Shown in pieces: positions 25,558-34,847 of a stretch of DNA of 64,000 nucleotides. The notes under the pieces are model-generated. The model saw only the letters and a list, made by a program, of their open reading frames with translations. It was not told the DNA's origin and made no database searches. Both the position numbers and the translations under genes were made by a program. Numbering within the stretch: position 1 is the first letter of the stretch; each line of letters opens with the position of its first letter. Origin of the DNA: a virus; IMG/VR virus record IMGVR_UViG_3300022746_000019, positions 26,008 through 90,007 of that record. The stretch is one strand, 5' to 3'.

Positions 25558-26790
25558 CTACAAGTCCGTCCCATCAATCTCGCGGAACCGGCCTTCGGCC
25601 CACTGCCAATCCAGAGTCGCCTCGGCTGGCCCTGAGTTACGGCTGGCGACAACTCTCAACAGTCGGGTATCGTCAATTTCCTCGTCTTCACGCTGAAGCC
25701 CGAGAATAACGTCTGCGTCCTGGAAGAACGAGGACGAGTAGCCAATGGCATCCGCGGTTACTTTTCCGCCCTTCATCTTCCATGTCAAGACCTGGGTGGA
25801 AATAACTATGGGGAGTTGGTACTTCTGGGCAAGACGCTTGAGTGATCGAGTGATGTTGGTAAGAGCCTGAGGGGTGTTGGCCTCGCCGCTCTGTTCGTCA
25901 ATCATCAGGTAGACGCCGTCAATGAACACAATGTCTGGTTGGAGCGTCTGAATCTTGCTGGCAATACCAGATACTGTCTGGCCAGCGGCGGAGTCCACCA
26001 GCCAAAACTTGTGCTCCACATTGTCAAGGTTCTTGAGAATCCTCTGGTAACGGGCCTCTTCTTCTTGAGTCAGAGTTCCGGTTAAGAGCCTGTGGTGAGA
26101 GATTAGGGAGCGCATGGCGTCATATCGGTTGAGCTGCTCATGGTTGCTCATTTCAAAAGACTGAAACATAGGAACCTTTGACTGCTCTCGGTGAATGTTC
26201 AGCGCAACCTGCAACGCCAAGGTTGACTTACCTGTCTTGGGCGGGGCAATGATGACAACAAGCTGTCCGTCCTGCAGTCCGCTGGTCGCAGCGTCAATTG
26301 TCGGAAAACCTGTGGGAAGCCCCCTAAGACCGTTAGGAAGGTTCTTTCGCTCAACATACTCTTCCCAGCGCTTGAGGGGTTCATCCGTAAGATCGACGTC
26401 ATTGGTCTGGGTTAATCCGCCCTCTTCAAGGGATACAAGCCCGCGCTGAAGTACCAGCAGCGCCTTCTCGTGGTCCTTCTGCTTCTCCATGCTGTCGATT
26501 GCGTCGGACAACATCTTGGTTGTAGCAAACCGGCGCTGTGCGTCAAGAACAGAATCAATCAGGTACTCAAGAGAATCTTCGGAAGCTGCAAACTCATAAG
26601 TCGGATAGTTGGATTTGACCACATCCATGCTTGGGGATTCGCCGTACTTGACAAAATGTTCCCTGACGAATGTCCACATCCGCTGGTCTTCATCGTCAGC
26701 AAACCAACTGGTGTTTACGCCTCGGCTAAGCAGCGCTGAAACATCTCGATCGTTAATGGCTCTACTTAGGAGCCGGCGCTCATTGTTCAT
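25558..26790 (-). CDS. dnaB: DnaB-like replicative helicase
   Basis: PTGFPTID, APPKTGKS, SFEMS, FIDG, SLKRLA, STQ, QDADVI. Confidence 0.92.
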   Translation of the reverse strand: MNNERRLLSRAINDRDVSALLSRGVNTSWFADDEDQRMWTFVREHFVKYGESPSMDVVKSNYPTYEFAASEDSLEYLIDSVLDAQRRFATTKMLSDAIDSMEKQKDHEKALLVLQRGLVSLEEGGLTQTNDVDLTDEPLKRWEEYVERKNLPNGLRGLPTGFPTIDAATSGLQDGQLVVIIAPPKTGKSTLALQVALNIHREQSKVPMFQSFEMSNHEQLNRYDAMRSLISHHRLLTGTLTQEEEARYQRILKNLDNVEHKFWLVDSAAGQTVSGIASKIQTLQPDIVFIDGVYLMIDEQSGEANTPQALTNITRSLKRLAQKYQLPIVISTQVLTWKMKGGKVTADAIGYSSSFFQDADVILGLQREDEEIDDTRLLRVVASRNSGPAEATLDWQWAEGRFREIDGTDL

Positions 26791-27188
26791 TAAAAATCCA
26801 ATCCCCAATGACCGTAGCGAAGAAATCTAGTGGGAATGTCTATCACACCGGCCACCTCTGGGCGAAACGGAAGTTCCGCCACCAAATGCTCGGAGGACTG
26901 GTACACCGAAAAATACCTAAATGGGTTAGTACCCATTTCGTCCATAGCCTCAACTAATTCTTTGAGCGCTTCTTCGTCTAAATCAAAGGATACTAATTCA
27001 AGACTGACGGAGTTACGATCCGCGTAAAGGTACAGGCGGCTCAAAACTTGTCGGTTGTATACATAAGACTTTTCTGGAACCTTAATGAATTTAAGAACCT
27101 TTTTCACAGTAACCTGCTCGTCTCGGATTACATCAAGAGACACGAGAACGCGTTTGGTCAAACTATTGCTCAAATCATTGTTCTGCAT
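26790..27188 (-). CDS. Hypothetical protein (possible degenerate HAD fold)
   Basis: 132 aa, translationally coupled to dnaB. Confidence 0.6.
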   Translation of the reverse strand: MQNNDLSNSLTKRVLVSLDVIRDEQVTVKKVLKFIKVPEKSYVYNRQVLSRLYLYADRNSVSLELVSFDLDEEALKELVEAMDEMGTNPFRYFSVYQSSEHLVAELPFRPEVAGVIDIPTRFLRYGHWGLDF

Positions 27189-27487
27189 TAGTAAACCTCA
27201 ATACTTCCGTATTTTCGAATAAATTTGTTCATTTCAGGAACCGAAGAAAGTGCTCGCTCAAGCTCTAAGTCTGTGTAATCGCCGACTAGTTCTAGTGGGT
27301 ACGCCCCACCAGAAGTTTCTTTAATCTTCTTCTCTACATAGTCAATGTGTTTGCACATCTTTTTAGCCCAATACCCAGGGCAACTGCACACAAAATCGTC
27401 ATCATCATCTACGCATACCTCTGCGTATGATGGAACGGGTGAGCTCTTCCCAGATAGGAAAATCTGAAGCAATTTAAGGTTGCTCAC
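27188..27487 (-). CDS. SWIM zinc-finger protein
   Basis: FVCSCPGY....MCKHI. Confidence 0.8.
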   Translation of the reverse strand: MSNLKLLQIFLSGKSSPVPSYAEVCVDDDDDFVCSCPGYWAKKMCKHIDYVEKKIKETSGGAYPLELVGDYTDLELERALSSVPEMNKFIRKYGSIEVY

Positions 27488-28167
27488 TTACGCAGGTCTC
27501 CGCTCGGTGACTGCAGTTCCACAATAACGAACGCTTCGTGCATGAACGAGTCAGTAGCTTCTCCGTAAGTGGTGTTCCACTTTTTAAGGTTAGTTGTGAC
27601 AATGGTCGGAAGGCCATTATTGAACCTTGTGCGAAGAATGTGGTGAAGCAGGGAAGACTGCCAGCCAGACCCGGACTGGTGCTCCTTACCGATGTCGTCA
27701 ATAACCAACACTCGGATGTTGTATGTGTCCTCCTTGGACTCCCCCAAAACACCTTCCCAAAGGCGAAGTTTATCTGGGGTGGCGTCGTTCATGATTTCCC
27801 CGCGAAGTTCGACAAGGCTGGAGTATTGGATGAAATAGCACGGTCGCGCCATGGTGGTCCCGTCGTTGACCGCAAAGTTCTCCATGCTGAAATCTCGGAT
27901 GATGTCCTGCAAAAGTGCGAGGGCCAAAGTAGTCTTGCCGTGACCGGGTGATCCGTACAACATCAAGCCTAGACCGCACGAATTCTTACCTACGGCACGG
28001 ATGATGTTGTTTGACTTTGCTCGGGACAGCCACTTCTTGATAACTTCCATGTCATCCTTAGCAACATCCACGCAGTCTTCCAATTCCCAGCCCAATCGGC
28101 TCTTTGGAATGGCGGCTAATTTCAGCCATGTACGGCGGCGAAGTGGCAGGTCGTCTGCTACAAACAT
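27484..28167 (-). CDS. DnaC/IstB-like AAA+ helicase loader
   Basis: GSPGHGKT, LVIDDIGKE, R..PTIVTTN. Confidence 0.88.
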   Translation of the reverse strand: MFVADDLPLRRRTWLKLAAIPKSRLGWELEDCVDVAKDDMEVIKKWLSRAKSNNIIRAVGKNSCGLGLMLYGSPGHGKTTLALALLQDIIRDFSMENFAVNDGTTMARPCYFIQYSSLVELRGEIMNDATPDKLRLWEGVLGESKEDTYNIRVLVIDDIGKEHQSGSGWQSSLLHHILRTRFNNGLPTIVTTNLKKWNTTYGEATDSFMHEAFVIVELQSPSGDLRK

Positions 28168-29009
28168 CAGTCCTCCAATCGTGACGCGCCCTTGGCGGTC
28201 CTGACTTTGGCTTCCTCGGTTACCTCTTCGTTAGCAAGAGCCATGTTGCGCACCTGCGACAGGAAACTGGGAAAGCGCTTGATAAACATCTTCCACAAAA
28301 GTTCTGGGTCATCGTAGGTCTCAAGGCTAATCGAGTCAAAGAACCGGCGCATAACCTCAACCTCTACGTCGCCTGTGGTGGCGTGCTGGCGGCGAACTGT
28401 AGCCAACGCCGGAACAAAACGACTTTGGACAACGGAAAACGGGCGGATGTTCCAATGCTCGGCCAATTTGGCGGAAAATTCGTTGGCAACATCAGAGACT
28501 GTCCAACTCTGGAGCGGAATAGACGCTCGGGACTGGTACTTAGCTGCAGATGTGGCTGCCCGCTTCTCGTCGTAGTCCTTCTGCTTCGCAGTTTCCCACT
28601 TAGCCTTTTCGGCTGCCCGCTCGTCTCGATCTAGTGACGAGGTTTTATCAAAAAAATCGTATCCCATTTCAGGTTCTTTTTCTTCCCCCACCGGCTCCGC
28701 CGGTGGATTTATAATAGTCTTATATGAGTAAGGAATAACTTTGTTATTGCTACTCTGCACATTCCGCTGTATCAGAAGACGGGTTTCCAGCCGCTGGAAA
28801 CCCGCGCTGGTAATCCCCGATGCCGTCACCCACTTGCCATCAATTTTCTGGCGAGTTCGGTAGATGTAGCCCGCGTTCTGGAGCTCCTTAAGGCAGGTCC
28901 GAATGGCATCCCGGCCCTCTGAAAAATGGGTCGCAAGAGCCTCAGCAGATACCGCCACATCGGTAGTGGCGATCTCAAATAATACCCCGATGGACCTAGC
29001 GGAAATCAC
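28167..29009 (-). CDS. Replication initiator-like protein (N-terminal winged HTH)
   Basis: EGRDAIRTCLKELQNAGYIYR; directly upstream of the DnaC-like loader. Confidence 0.75.
   Translation of the reverse strand: MISARSIGVLFEIATTDVAVSAEALATHFSEGRDAIRTCLKELQNAGYIYRTRQKIDGKWVTASGITSAGFQRLETRLLIQRNVQSSNNKVIPYSYKTIINPPAEPVGEEKEPEMGYDFFDKTSSLDRDERAAEKAKWETAKQKDYDEKRAATSAAKYQSRASIPLQSWTVSDVANEFSAKLAEHWNIRPFSVVQSRFVPALATVRRQHATTGDVEVEVMRRFFDSISLETYDDPELLWKMFIKRFPSFLSQVRNMALANEEVTEEAKVRTAKGASRLED
28780..28804. repeat. 12-bp perfect inverted repeat inside the initiator gene (candidate origin element)
   Basis: CGGGTTTCCAGC-C-GCTGGAAACCCG next to an AT-rich tract. Confidence 0.7.
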
Positions 29010-29659
29010 TTCTTCAGACGCTCCACGACAATATCCGCAATCATCTCGGCAAATGCGTACATTCCGCTATAAATAGCTTCCGATATGTCCACCCCAGGGG
29101 TGTCCTCGTCATCGATGTAGTCCTCGTCATCTGAGGAGTCGTCCAAAACCTCGTCAGAAGGGGTCTCAGGGGCTATTTCAGGGACGGTCTCCTCTTCCGG
29201 TATAGCAGGCCGCTCCTGGGGCTCCAGAGACGGCGCAGGCTCAATATCTGCCAATCCGTTTCTTAGGTCCATAGCCCGAACACCGTACTTTTTGCAGTAG
29301 GAGAGGCACTCCGCCGATTCTGGGTCATCGTCAGACCAGAGGATAAATGCCCAGCCGTTATCACCGAAGGACTCTGCCATCTGGCAGGCCTCGTCAAACG
29401 GATTATTCGTGGTTACTCGGGTGCCCTGTGGGAGGCCATCGAAAGCCCCATGTTCAGGGCTCATAATCACGATATCAAGGCCTTTTGAGGCGGCAAGTTG
29501 GGCGGCCCAAATCTGACCGGCCGAGGGCCGCATTACAAACGCGATGACCAAAACGCCATCTTTTCCGTTTGCGTAGTACTGGTCTTCAATCAGGGCGTCA
29601 ACATTTGCCCTGCTCGTCTCACCACTACCCGCAACCAGCATTACATACTGATATTTCAT
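29006..29659 (-). CDS. Hypothetical protein, possible SLOG/Rossmann-like N-domain with acidic tail
   Basis: hhhVAGSG.. N-terminus; AAGGAG RBS; D/E-rich C-terminus. Confidence 0.55.
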   Translation of the reverse strand: MKYQYVMLVAGSGETSRANVDALIEDQYYANGKDGVLVIAFVMRPSAGQIWAAQLAASKGLDIVIMSPEHGAFDGLPQGTRVTTNNPFDEACQMAESFGDNGWAFILWSDDDPESAECLSYCKKYGVRAMDLRNGLADIEPAPSLEPQERPAIPEEETVPEIAPETPSDEVLDDSSDDEDYIDDEDTPGVDISEAIYSGMYAFAEMIADIVVERLKK

Positions 29660-29689
29660 AGTTCTCCTTATGGACGGAGAACCAACCTA

Positions 29690-29956
29690 TCACAGGTTCG
29701 GACGTTGTCCAACCGGACGCGAAATGGCGAGGGGGATTGCCGTCACTCGAGTGGCTACCGCCACTAGGAGCGGACCCATGAACGCGGATGCAACTGCCGT
29801 CACCACAGCCGTGTGTGGTTCGGAAATAATTGCTGAAGCGCCGGTAGCGGAAGCAAGCAATGAGATTAAGGCTTTGAACTTTCCGAGGGGCGCAATTTGT
29901 TCCAAAACAGCCAGCAAAAACGCGACAGCACAACTAATTAGAACAAGGTTTTCCAT
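29690..29956 (-). CDS. Small membrane protein (holin candidate)
   Basis: 88 aa with about 3 hydrophobic segments, at the end of the tail module. Confidence 0.5.
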   Translation of the reverse strand: MENLVLISCAVAFLLAVLEQIAPLGKFKALISLLASATGASAIISEPHTAVVTAVASAFMGPLLVAVATRVTAIPLAISRPVGQRPNL

Positions 29957-29965
29957 GCACGAATC

Positions 29966-32218
29966 CTACGGCTGGGCGTAGTAAAGAGCAAACGACGATC
30001 CAACTGGGACATAGTCAACTATTGTCTTTTGCAAGCGATTGTTCACAGATGTGAAGTTTCGGTAGAAATGGCTTCTGGACGCGTTAGCCGTTCCTTCCCA
30101 CATGAGCCAGGACGCGTCTTCCACGCCAGTGCTTCCATCAAAGAACGCCGTGAGACCGGCTACCTTTTCAAACAAAGCCTCGTCCACCAGCAGGGCGGCA
30201 CCAGTCGAACTTGGTGTCCAAGTCAAAGTCACTTTTGCTGATGCAGCGTTTTCAGGAGCAACCGCAATAACAAACGGCCGGACCCACACAGGAAGGCTAG
30301 TAGTGTAGGAGAGCGACGACCACGCGGTAGACCCGTTACCAATCTTGAACAAACCGGTATCGGTTTCAAGACCAATCTCACCAAGGGCAAGGACAGTGGC
30401 ACCAGACCAGTCGGCGGCTAGTTTTCGAGTGATTATTACATCTTCACTCGCGTACGGAAGACTGTTCCAGTAAGTTACGCCGTCACCAATTTTCCACTGT
30501 AGTGTGTCGGATTCCACTCCAACGCATCCGTTGTTAAGGAGCGTGTTTTCCTCAGCAAACACCGATGCAGTGTCCCTGCGGTAATTAAGCGCAGAACTAG
30601 TATTGTTTGAAATTAGAGACGCAGAACCGTCGTACCAGTCAATAGTTACAGACACATCATCAGAGGTGCTTGGGTCTACCGCGTACTCCGCAACACTTGC
30701 GTTAATGCTGAACGTGTAATACTCACTTGGAGTAACGGAAGCTACAGACGCTTTAGCAGTTACATTGGATGCAGATGCTGGGTAAAGCTCCAGCGCACTT
30801 CCAATCATGCCTGCGTGGGCGTTAGTTCCAGAACTGCTTGTGATACCCGTGCTACCGCCGGTATTCGTAAGAGTCCAGCCCGCGTAATCAGTGGTGAAGT
30901 TTGGGTTAGTTAGTTCGTTAATGCGGGTTGCAGTCAACACCACATTAATTCGTCGAGCTTCTTCAAACGCCGTTACAGAAGACGATTCTTCAAACTGAGC
31001 GGCGTCAAAGTATTGGTCTCCCGTGTACGAGGTTATTACTACTTTAGGCCTTGCAAAAGCCGCGTTAGACGGAGCAGTTCCCGTCACATGAACCCGCGTA
31101 AACCCAGATGCACCGTAAGTCACTGACGCGGTAGATGTAGAAATTGATACACCAGCACGAGTAAACCATTCAATACCGATAGTAGCGTTCGATGTGCCAG
31201 AGGAACTTCTTGCGTAAATGCTGAAAGAATAATCAACAGACGCGGTAGGAAGCGGAATCATGTCCTTGATTGATGAGCTTCCGCAAACCATAGTTATCGA
31301 ACCAGCACCCGCCGGAGTTACTGTAAGAACTCCGTTCTGGCGGTTAGGGTACCCAGAAGGAGATTCTGGGGAAACCGCAAACGGGGTGACATGAGTATTT
31401 GACTCCCCAGCTGCATTTGTGAAAGCCCAAAGACCGGGGTGACCTGTTACGGGAGTTTTTTCAAAAGATGATGCGTTGTAGTCAAGGAAAAGATTTTTTC
31501 CAATAGACACCGATGCGTCGTACCCACTGAATGCTTTGAGAAAAAGCAACAAACCTTCAAGTGATCCGCGACTCTGATTTAGCCGAACAGCATTTGCAGC
31601 CATCACTCGCATACGCTGGTAGCCAAGCGCCGGCTCGTAGGTAAGACCCATCTGGTTAACCAAAGGCTTCAATAGTGCTGCAGGGGCGGTGCTTGGGTGG
31701 ATAGCGCCTCTAATGAGGTATGCCTGAGTCTTAATTCGGTCGTACTCAAATGCCACGAGCCGCATAAACGTGTTCAAGTCTTCGTTGCTTCGACCAGTGT
31801 CTACAACCGTTCGGTTGACCGTCTTAACTGCGGCAGGCAAGTGGTCCATCATGATGTCGTAAGAACCGAAGTCTTTAACAGACAGTCCAATTGCGCTTGC
31901 CAGCTTTACCCAAGTGCCGAGGGATCGAGCAAAGATTGTGTAGTAGACTTCCGAGCCCTGTGCCAAATTGGAATCGGGGCGAGGCATTGGTTCGGCCAAG
32001 GGGCTTTCGTGGATAACTTCACCGTCGTCAGGGTCAACCGGGTATCCGTAAGTATTCCGTACGACAATGAACCTATCAAACGACAGGTTTGGGTATGACC
32101 ACGACAGCGTGATTTCTCCGTACCCCGTTGAAGTAGCAGAAAGATAGGTCGCACCACCCGCGGCAGAAGTGTCGCCATAAGTGATTGACCCGTATTTTCC
32201 TAGACCGTAATAAGTCAT
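29966..32218 (-). CDS. Baseplate wedge/tail protein (P2 gpI-like region, FN3-like and carbohydrate-binding jelly-rolls)
   Basis: LLKPLVNQMG...RGSLEGL; repeated FDAAQFE / VDEALFE; follows baseplate J. Confidence 0.75.
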   Translation of the reverse strand: MTYYGLGKYGSITYGDTSAAGGATYLSATSTGYGEITLSWSYPNLSFDRFIVVRNTYGYPVDPDDGEVIHESPLAEPMPRPDSNLAQGSEVYYTIFARSLGTWVKLASAIGLSVKDFGSYDIMMDHLPAAVKTVNRTVVDTGRSNEDLNTFMRLVAFEYDRIKTQAYLIRGAIHPSTAPAALLKPLVNQMGLTYEPALGYQRMRVMAANAVRLNQSRGSLEGLLLFLKAFSGYDASVSIGKNLFLDYNASSFEKTPVTGHPGLWAFTNAAGESNTHVTPFAVSPESPSGYPNRQNGVLTVTPAGAGSITMVCGSSSIKDMIPLPTASVDYSFSIYARSSSGTSNATIGIEWFTRAGVSISTSTASVTYGASGFTRVHVTGTAPSNAAFARPKVVITSYTGDQYFDAAQFEESSSVTAFEEARRINVVLTATRINELTNPNFTTDYAGWTLTNTGGSTGITSSSGTNAHAGMIGSALELYPASASNVTAKASVASVTPSEYYTFSINASVAEYAVDPSTSDDVSVTIDWYDGSASLISNNTSSALNYRRDTASVFAEENTLLNNGCVGVESDTLQWKIGDGVTYWNSLPYASEDVIITRKLAADWSGATVLALGEIGLETDTGLFKIGNGSTAWSSLSYTTSLPVWVRPFVIAVAPENAASAKVTLTWTPSSTGAALLVDEALFEKVAGLTAFFDGSTGVEDASWLMWEGTANASRSHFYRNFTSVNNRLQKTIVDYVPVGSSFALYYAQP

Positions 32219-32224
32219 TTCAGG

Positions 32225-32608
32225 TTACAGCCCCGCGAACAACATCGCAGTAACTAGAGAAGCCGTAGTTGCCCCAGCAGCGACCGCTGCCGAAGAATCC
32301 ACATACGACTTAGTGGCTGCGTCAGAGGAATCAGTTGGAGTTCCTAATCCAGTAACTTTATTACCAGACATAGCGAGATTACCGGTTACGGTTCCGCCCG
32401 CGGCAGGTAGTGCAGCATTAGCAGTTGTTTCAACGGCTTCAATTCGGGATTTAACGGTAGCAGACGCTCCGGCAGGCAATACGCCAAGCACGGTTTCAAT
32501 AGCCACAACTTCATTCTGAATGTCGTTTGGGTGCGCCGCTACGACGCTTTCGGTGTAGTCAACGTGGGTAACGAAAGACTTAATACTTCCTGGGTATGAC
32601 GCGGCCAT
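32225..32608 (-). CDS. Tail/fibre-associated structural protein
   Basis: AAHPNDIQNEVVAIE; GGTVTGNLAM..KVTGLGTPT..DAATKSYVD. Confidence 0.7.
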   Translation of the reverse strand: MAASYPGSIKSFVTHVDYTESVVAAHPNDIQNEVVAIETVLGVLPAGASATVKSRIEAVETTANAALPAAGGTVTGNLAMSGNKVTGLGTPTDSSDAATKSYVDSSAAVAAGATTASLVTAMLFAGL

Positions 32609-32617
32609 TTGGACTCC

Positions 32618-34096
32618 TTAGACGATTCCGCCGTTAGCGTGGACAGTAATGGTGTTGAGGTAAGGAATTTCTCCAATAGCGCATTGGATGTCCCCAATTC
32701 CAGCGGGGCTACCGTGAACATATAAATTTTGGATTGACGAGTACAAGACGCCATTGGTCAAACCAATTGCAAGCGCCAAGTCCTGCTGGCTTACCATTTG
32801 CCCAAAACTAACATTGTCGTAAGCCAACAAATCCTTAATGGAGTTTTCCGTGGCGGTCTTCACAGTAGATTGTGAATAAGTTCCATTTACTTGGATAGTT
32901 ACTTCAATGTCGACTGGGACCATCGTTGGAGGAAGCACGGTGACGCTTGCTCCCGGAGCAACCTTGTTAGCCAAGTAATTTTCTACATCAGTCTGGTAGG
33001 TGTCCCAAATGGAAAGCGGAGAACCTGCGCCGTCTAGGCCAGAACTTCCGGCAAGGCTCATGTACAAAATAATGTTTGAGTAGACCGACGCGTCCGCGCT
33101 GGTCTTGCCCACGCCGACCACCTGCGAGGCGAGGCCTGCGTAATCTTCCGCCGTAACGGCGCGATTGATGGCTCGCATACTGCGGGGAGTGTTGATACGC
33201 ACAGAGGTAGTCGACTCAGGGTCAGTTCCGCCAGCGGCTGCCGATGCGTTCGTGACAGTAAGACCCGAAGCGTCAGATCCATCAGGCTTGGTGTAAGTGG
33301 AAGTGATGTAGTTAATCGAGTTAGCGGCCACATTTCCAGCTGCGCCGTTGACTACTCGGTAAGTGGTAGAAACAATTGAGCCCTTGGGAGGGATACGACC
33401 GCCGATGTTGTCGCCAAACGCCACATAGGTGTTTCCGTCGGAGTCAACAAAACTTGTGTAAACAGCGGCGGAGCCGTCTGAGTCAATAAGGTTTTCTACA
33501 CGCAGGTACGGCACATCATCGACATACACTCCCATCGTGTACAACTCGATTTTCTTTTCGGCAAGTTTGAACACCTGGTTTGGGAGTCCATTGAACGAGT
33601 AACTCAGTTCCTCATACGAAACCGTACGTCCCTCACGGGCAGAGATAACGGCCGTGCCGCCGGCTGCCACATCTACATATGAGGTGTTCATGGTTTCAAA
33701 CTCAAGCTGGGTGGCTGCCGAGTCCGATGCGGTCGAGGTGGACACCGTCAAACCGGGCATAATTCGGATGGTATCCGTGGCGTGGTTATTCTTAAAGGTC
33801 AAGTCAGCGGATGCCGAGATGCCCATGTTCGGCGTGTAGCCAAACATATTTGCCAGTGAAATAATGGAGGAACGCTGGGTAGCGGTGCTCAAGAAAGATT
33901 CGTTAGCAGCACGATCGATGTAGAACGACATGATGTCGCCCATGTAAGCAAACAGCTCCAGCAATACAATGCCAAGGTCGTTGGGGTCCCGGCTGGTCCA
34001 CTGCGGGGCAAACCGCTGGATGTTGCTGAGTAGGTCGGCGCGGATAGCGTAATAATCCCTAGATGTGTAGTCAATCTGGGGGGCGTATTCAGCCAT
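32618..34096 (-). CDS. Baseplate J-like wedge protein
   Basis: IDYTSRDY..DLGIVLLE..YIDRAANESFL; FGD..GRIP; GGTDPES; RAVTAEDY. Confidence 0.92.
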   Translation of the reverse strand: MAEYAPQIDYTSRDYYAIRADLLSNIQRFAPQWTSRDPNDLGIVLLELFAYMGDIMSFYIDRAANESFLSTATQRSSIISLANMFGYTPNMGISASADLTFKNNHATDTIRIMPGLTVSTSTASDSAATQLEFETMNTSYVDVAAGGTAVISAREGRTVSYEELSYSFNGLPNQVFKLAEKKIELYTMGVYVDDVPYLRVENLIDSDGSAAVYTSFVDSDGNTYVAFGDNIGGRIPPKGSIVSTTYRVVNGAAGNVAANSINYITSTYTKPDGSDASGLTVTNASAAAGGTDPESTTSVRINTPRSMRAINRAVTAEDYAGLASQVVGVGKTSADASVYSNIILYMSLAGSSGLDGAGSPLSIWDTYQTDVENYLANKVAPGASVTVLPPTMVPVDIEVTIQVNGTYSQSTVKTATENSIKDLLAYDNVSFGQMVSQQDLALAIGLTNGVLYSSIQNLYVHGSPAGIGDIQCAIGEIPYLNTITVHANGGIV

Positions 34097-34509
34097 TACC
34101 TAATCACCTCGATTTTTTCCCCGTAACGGTCAAAGGCAGCGGTCTTGAACGAAAACTCGTCTGGGGTGCCGTCCGGAAGGATATAGTTTATCGTAATATT
34201 GAGAATACCTTCGGTTGTATCGAAGTCTGTATCTACGCTTGACAAAGAGAGTTTCGGAAGCCACCGGTAAAACGCACCAGCAATGGTTTCTCGGGCCACT
34301 TGTGCAGCCGAGTCCCCTGAGTCCAGTACTGACCGTGCCAGAAGCGTTCCGTATTCAGGACGCATAAGCCGTTCGTTTACTCCCGTGAGAACGGCGATGT
34401 ATACCCGATCCCTCCAGATGTATCGCGGGTCTGAGGTTGAGTTAAGGCCACCTGGGACACCTGATTCAACGCCAAACCTAAAGGGAAGCGAGATGGCTAT
34501 TTCGCTCAT
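34096..34509 (-). CDS. gp25-like baseplate wedge protein
   Basis: ISLPFR, ERLMRPEYG, WLP. Confidence 0.85.
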   Translation of the reverse strand: MSEIAISLPFRFGVESGVPGGLNSTSDPRYIWRDRVYIAVLTGVNERLMRPEYGTLLARSVLDSGDSAAQVARETIAGAFYRWLPKLSLSSVDTDFDTTEGILNITINYILPDGTPDEFSFKTAAFDRYGEKIEVIR

Positions 34510-34847
34510 AGACTAACTCCTATCCATACAGGAAAATTCGGGTCCCCACCAATGAACATAACCCAGACCTGCTGGTTAATGTCGGGGGTCTTTTTGTGGT
34601 CGGTGTGGGAGAAGTCAACCCCCACCGTGTGAGTGTGGCTGGGAGCCCCATTAGCGGAGCTGGTGATTGTTGCGCTGTGGTGAGAGTGCTGACCCGTAGC
34701 GGTCACAGGCAGGCAAGCATCCGCCCAGTTAGTCATAGCCGCGCCCAGAACTTGCGGGACTCGCAGACGGATGCGGGACCGGCCGTGGGGGTCAGCGTTA
34801 TCAACACAAACACCGGCGTAAAGCCCGTAAAACTTATTGTCTGTCAT
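34506..34847 (-). CDS. Baseplate central spike (gp5/gpV OB-fold)
   Basis: YAGVCVDNADP..SRIRLRVP; VWVMFIGGDPNFPVWIG; HxH motifs. Confidence 0.88.
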   Translation of the reverse strand: MTDNKFYGLYAGVCVDNADPHGRSRIRLRVPQVLGAAMTNWADACLPVTATGQHSHHSATITSSANGAPSHTHTVGVDFSHTDHKKTPDINQQVWVMFIGGDPNFPVWIGVSL

